Assembly (NCBI GenBank): GCA_026393865.1
Contig: JAPKZI010000031.1
Coordinates: 1 to 53,269 of the forward strand
Reading direction: 5' to 3'
Length of the DNA stretch: 53,269 bases
DNA from: Candidatus Aminicenantes bacterium
GTDB lineage: Bacteria; Acidobacteriota; Aminicenantia; Aminicenantales; UBA4085
Position 1 is the first letter of the stretch; each line of letters starts with the position of its first letter. The position numbers and the translations under genes are program-made. Positions 52,907 to 53,269 of the stretch are shown here, piece by piece. The notes under the pieces are model-generated. The model had not been told where the DNA came from. It saw only the letters and a list, made by a program, of their open reading frames with translations, and searched no databases.

Positions 52907-53269
52907 TCAGAATTCCAACTCGACGCCGAACACGGGAATGAGTCGAATCTGGTTAACGGCCGATACGGTCTTGTCCGTCCGGTTCCAATAATAGCGGGCG
53001 ATATTCTCGTGGTTGTAGGCGTTGATCAAGCTCAAGTATACGGACAGGACCGCCTTCTTGAAGACGAAGCGACGATCGACCCTGACGAAAAGAGAATGAT
53101 AGTCCGGATAGCGCTCGGAAAAGTACTTCGACCTGTCGAGGATTCCGATATCCGAGGCCATCGACTTCTCGATATCGAACGGCGTGTACGGGATCCCCCC
53201 GGCAAAATTCCAGCGAATGTTGACATCCCAGCGCTCATCCGGCCGGTAGCGGCCGATCAGGGTCAGCAG
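52907..53269 (-). CDS. Outer-membrane beta-barrel / TonB-dependent receptor-like protein, C-terminal fragment (5' end outside window)
   Basis: The minus-strand frame is open from the window edge (LLTLIGRYRPDERWDVNIRWNFAGGIPYTP...) to the stop at 52907. The terminal strand is ..IPVFGVELEF with C-terminal Phe. Confidence 0.6.
   Translation of the reverse strand: MLTLIGRYRPDERWDVNIRWNFAGGIPYTPFDIEKSMASDIGILDRSKYFSERYPDYHSLFVRVDRRFVFKKAVLSVYLSLINAYNHENIARYYWNRTDKTVSAVNQIRLIPVFGVELEF

Noticed and set aside
1-53269. Search for tRNA, rRNA, CRISPR arrays, transposases, integrases, phage genes or classical defence genes
   Set aside because: Nothing was recognisable by eye. The intergenic regions are short, and the longer ones (3563-3700, 20590-20751, 41763-41946, 49713-49912) show promoter-like or hairpin features instead of cloverleaf or repeat-spacer structure. 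tRNAscan or Infernal should confirm this.

Overview
GC-rich, densely coding chromosomal segment with genes packed on both strands, many with 4-nt start/stop overlaps. The host looks like an uncultivated diderm bacterium: beta-barrel proteins ending in Phe, a TonB-type receptor fragment, a GT9 heptosyltransferase and DsbD. All calls come from reading the ORF translations for motifs; no database search was possible. I saw no rRNA, tRNA, CRISPR array, transposase or integrase. Housekeeping content: rlmB (3' fragment), accA, hisS, aspS, pstS-pstC-pstA-pstB-pstB with a divergent phoU, an exported M16 peptidase pair, an M3 dipeptidase (dcp-like), a MenA-like prenyltransferase, a CPBP protease, dsbD, an APC permease, and a cytidylyltransferase / CDP-alcohol phosphatidyltransferase pair. 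The most unusual part is about 23.3-37.8 kb. (1) A five-gene minus-strand operon encodes a signal-anchored PPP (Shelph-like) phosphatase and three signal-peptide-bearing PI3K/PI4K/HipA-like kinase paralogs. One paralog is canonical, one altered and one degenerate. They surround a TLC-family (ATP/ADP translocase-like) transporter, so this is a candidate extracytoplasmic phosphorylation module with its own nucleotide supply. (2) A plus-strand operon runs two ABM-like proteins with Lys-rich tails, an acyl-ACP thioesterase, a STAS antagonist, two tandem TLC-transporter::HEAT-repeat fusions, and an FHA-GAF-PP2C phosphatase. An orphan RsbW-like kinase lies nearby and no sigma factor is present, which suggests partner switching that controls transporters. 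Other points: the two PstB ATPases carry complementary degenerate motifs; a hairpin plus U-tract sits inside the pst operon; a nested palindromic element lies between hisS and aspS; a promoter plus structured RNA candidate lies upstream of the GT9 gene; a 47-aa exported peptide gene sits between the M16 pair and a kinase-like/polytopic membrane fusion.
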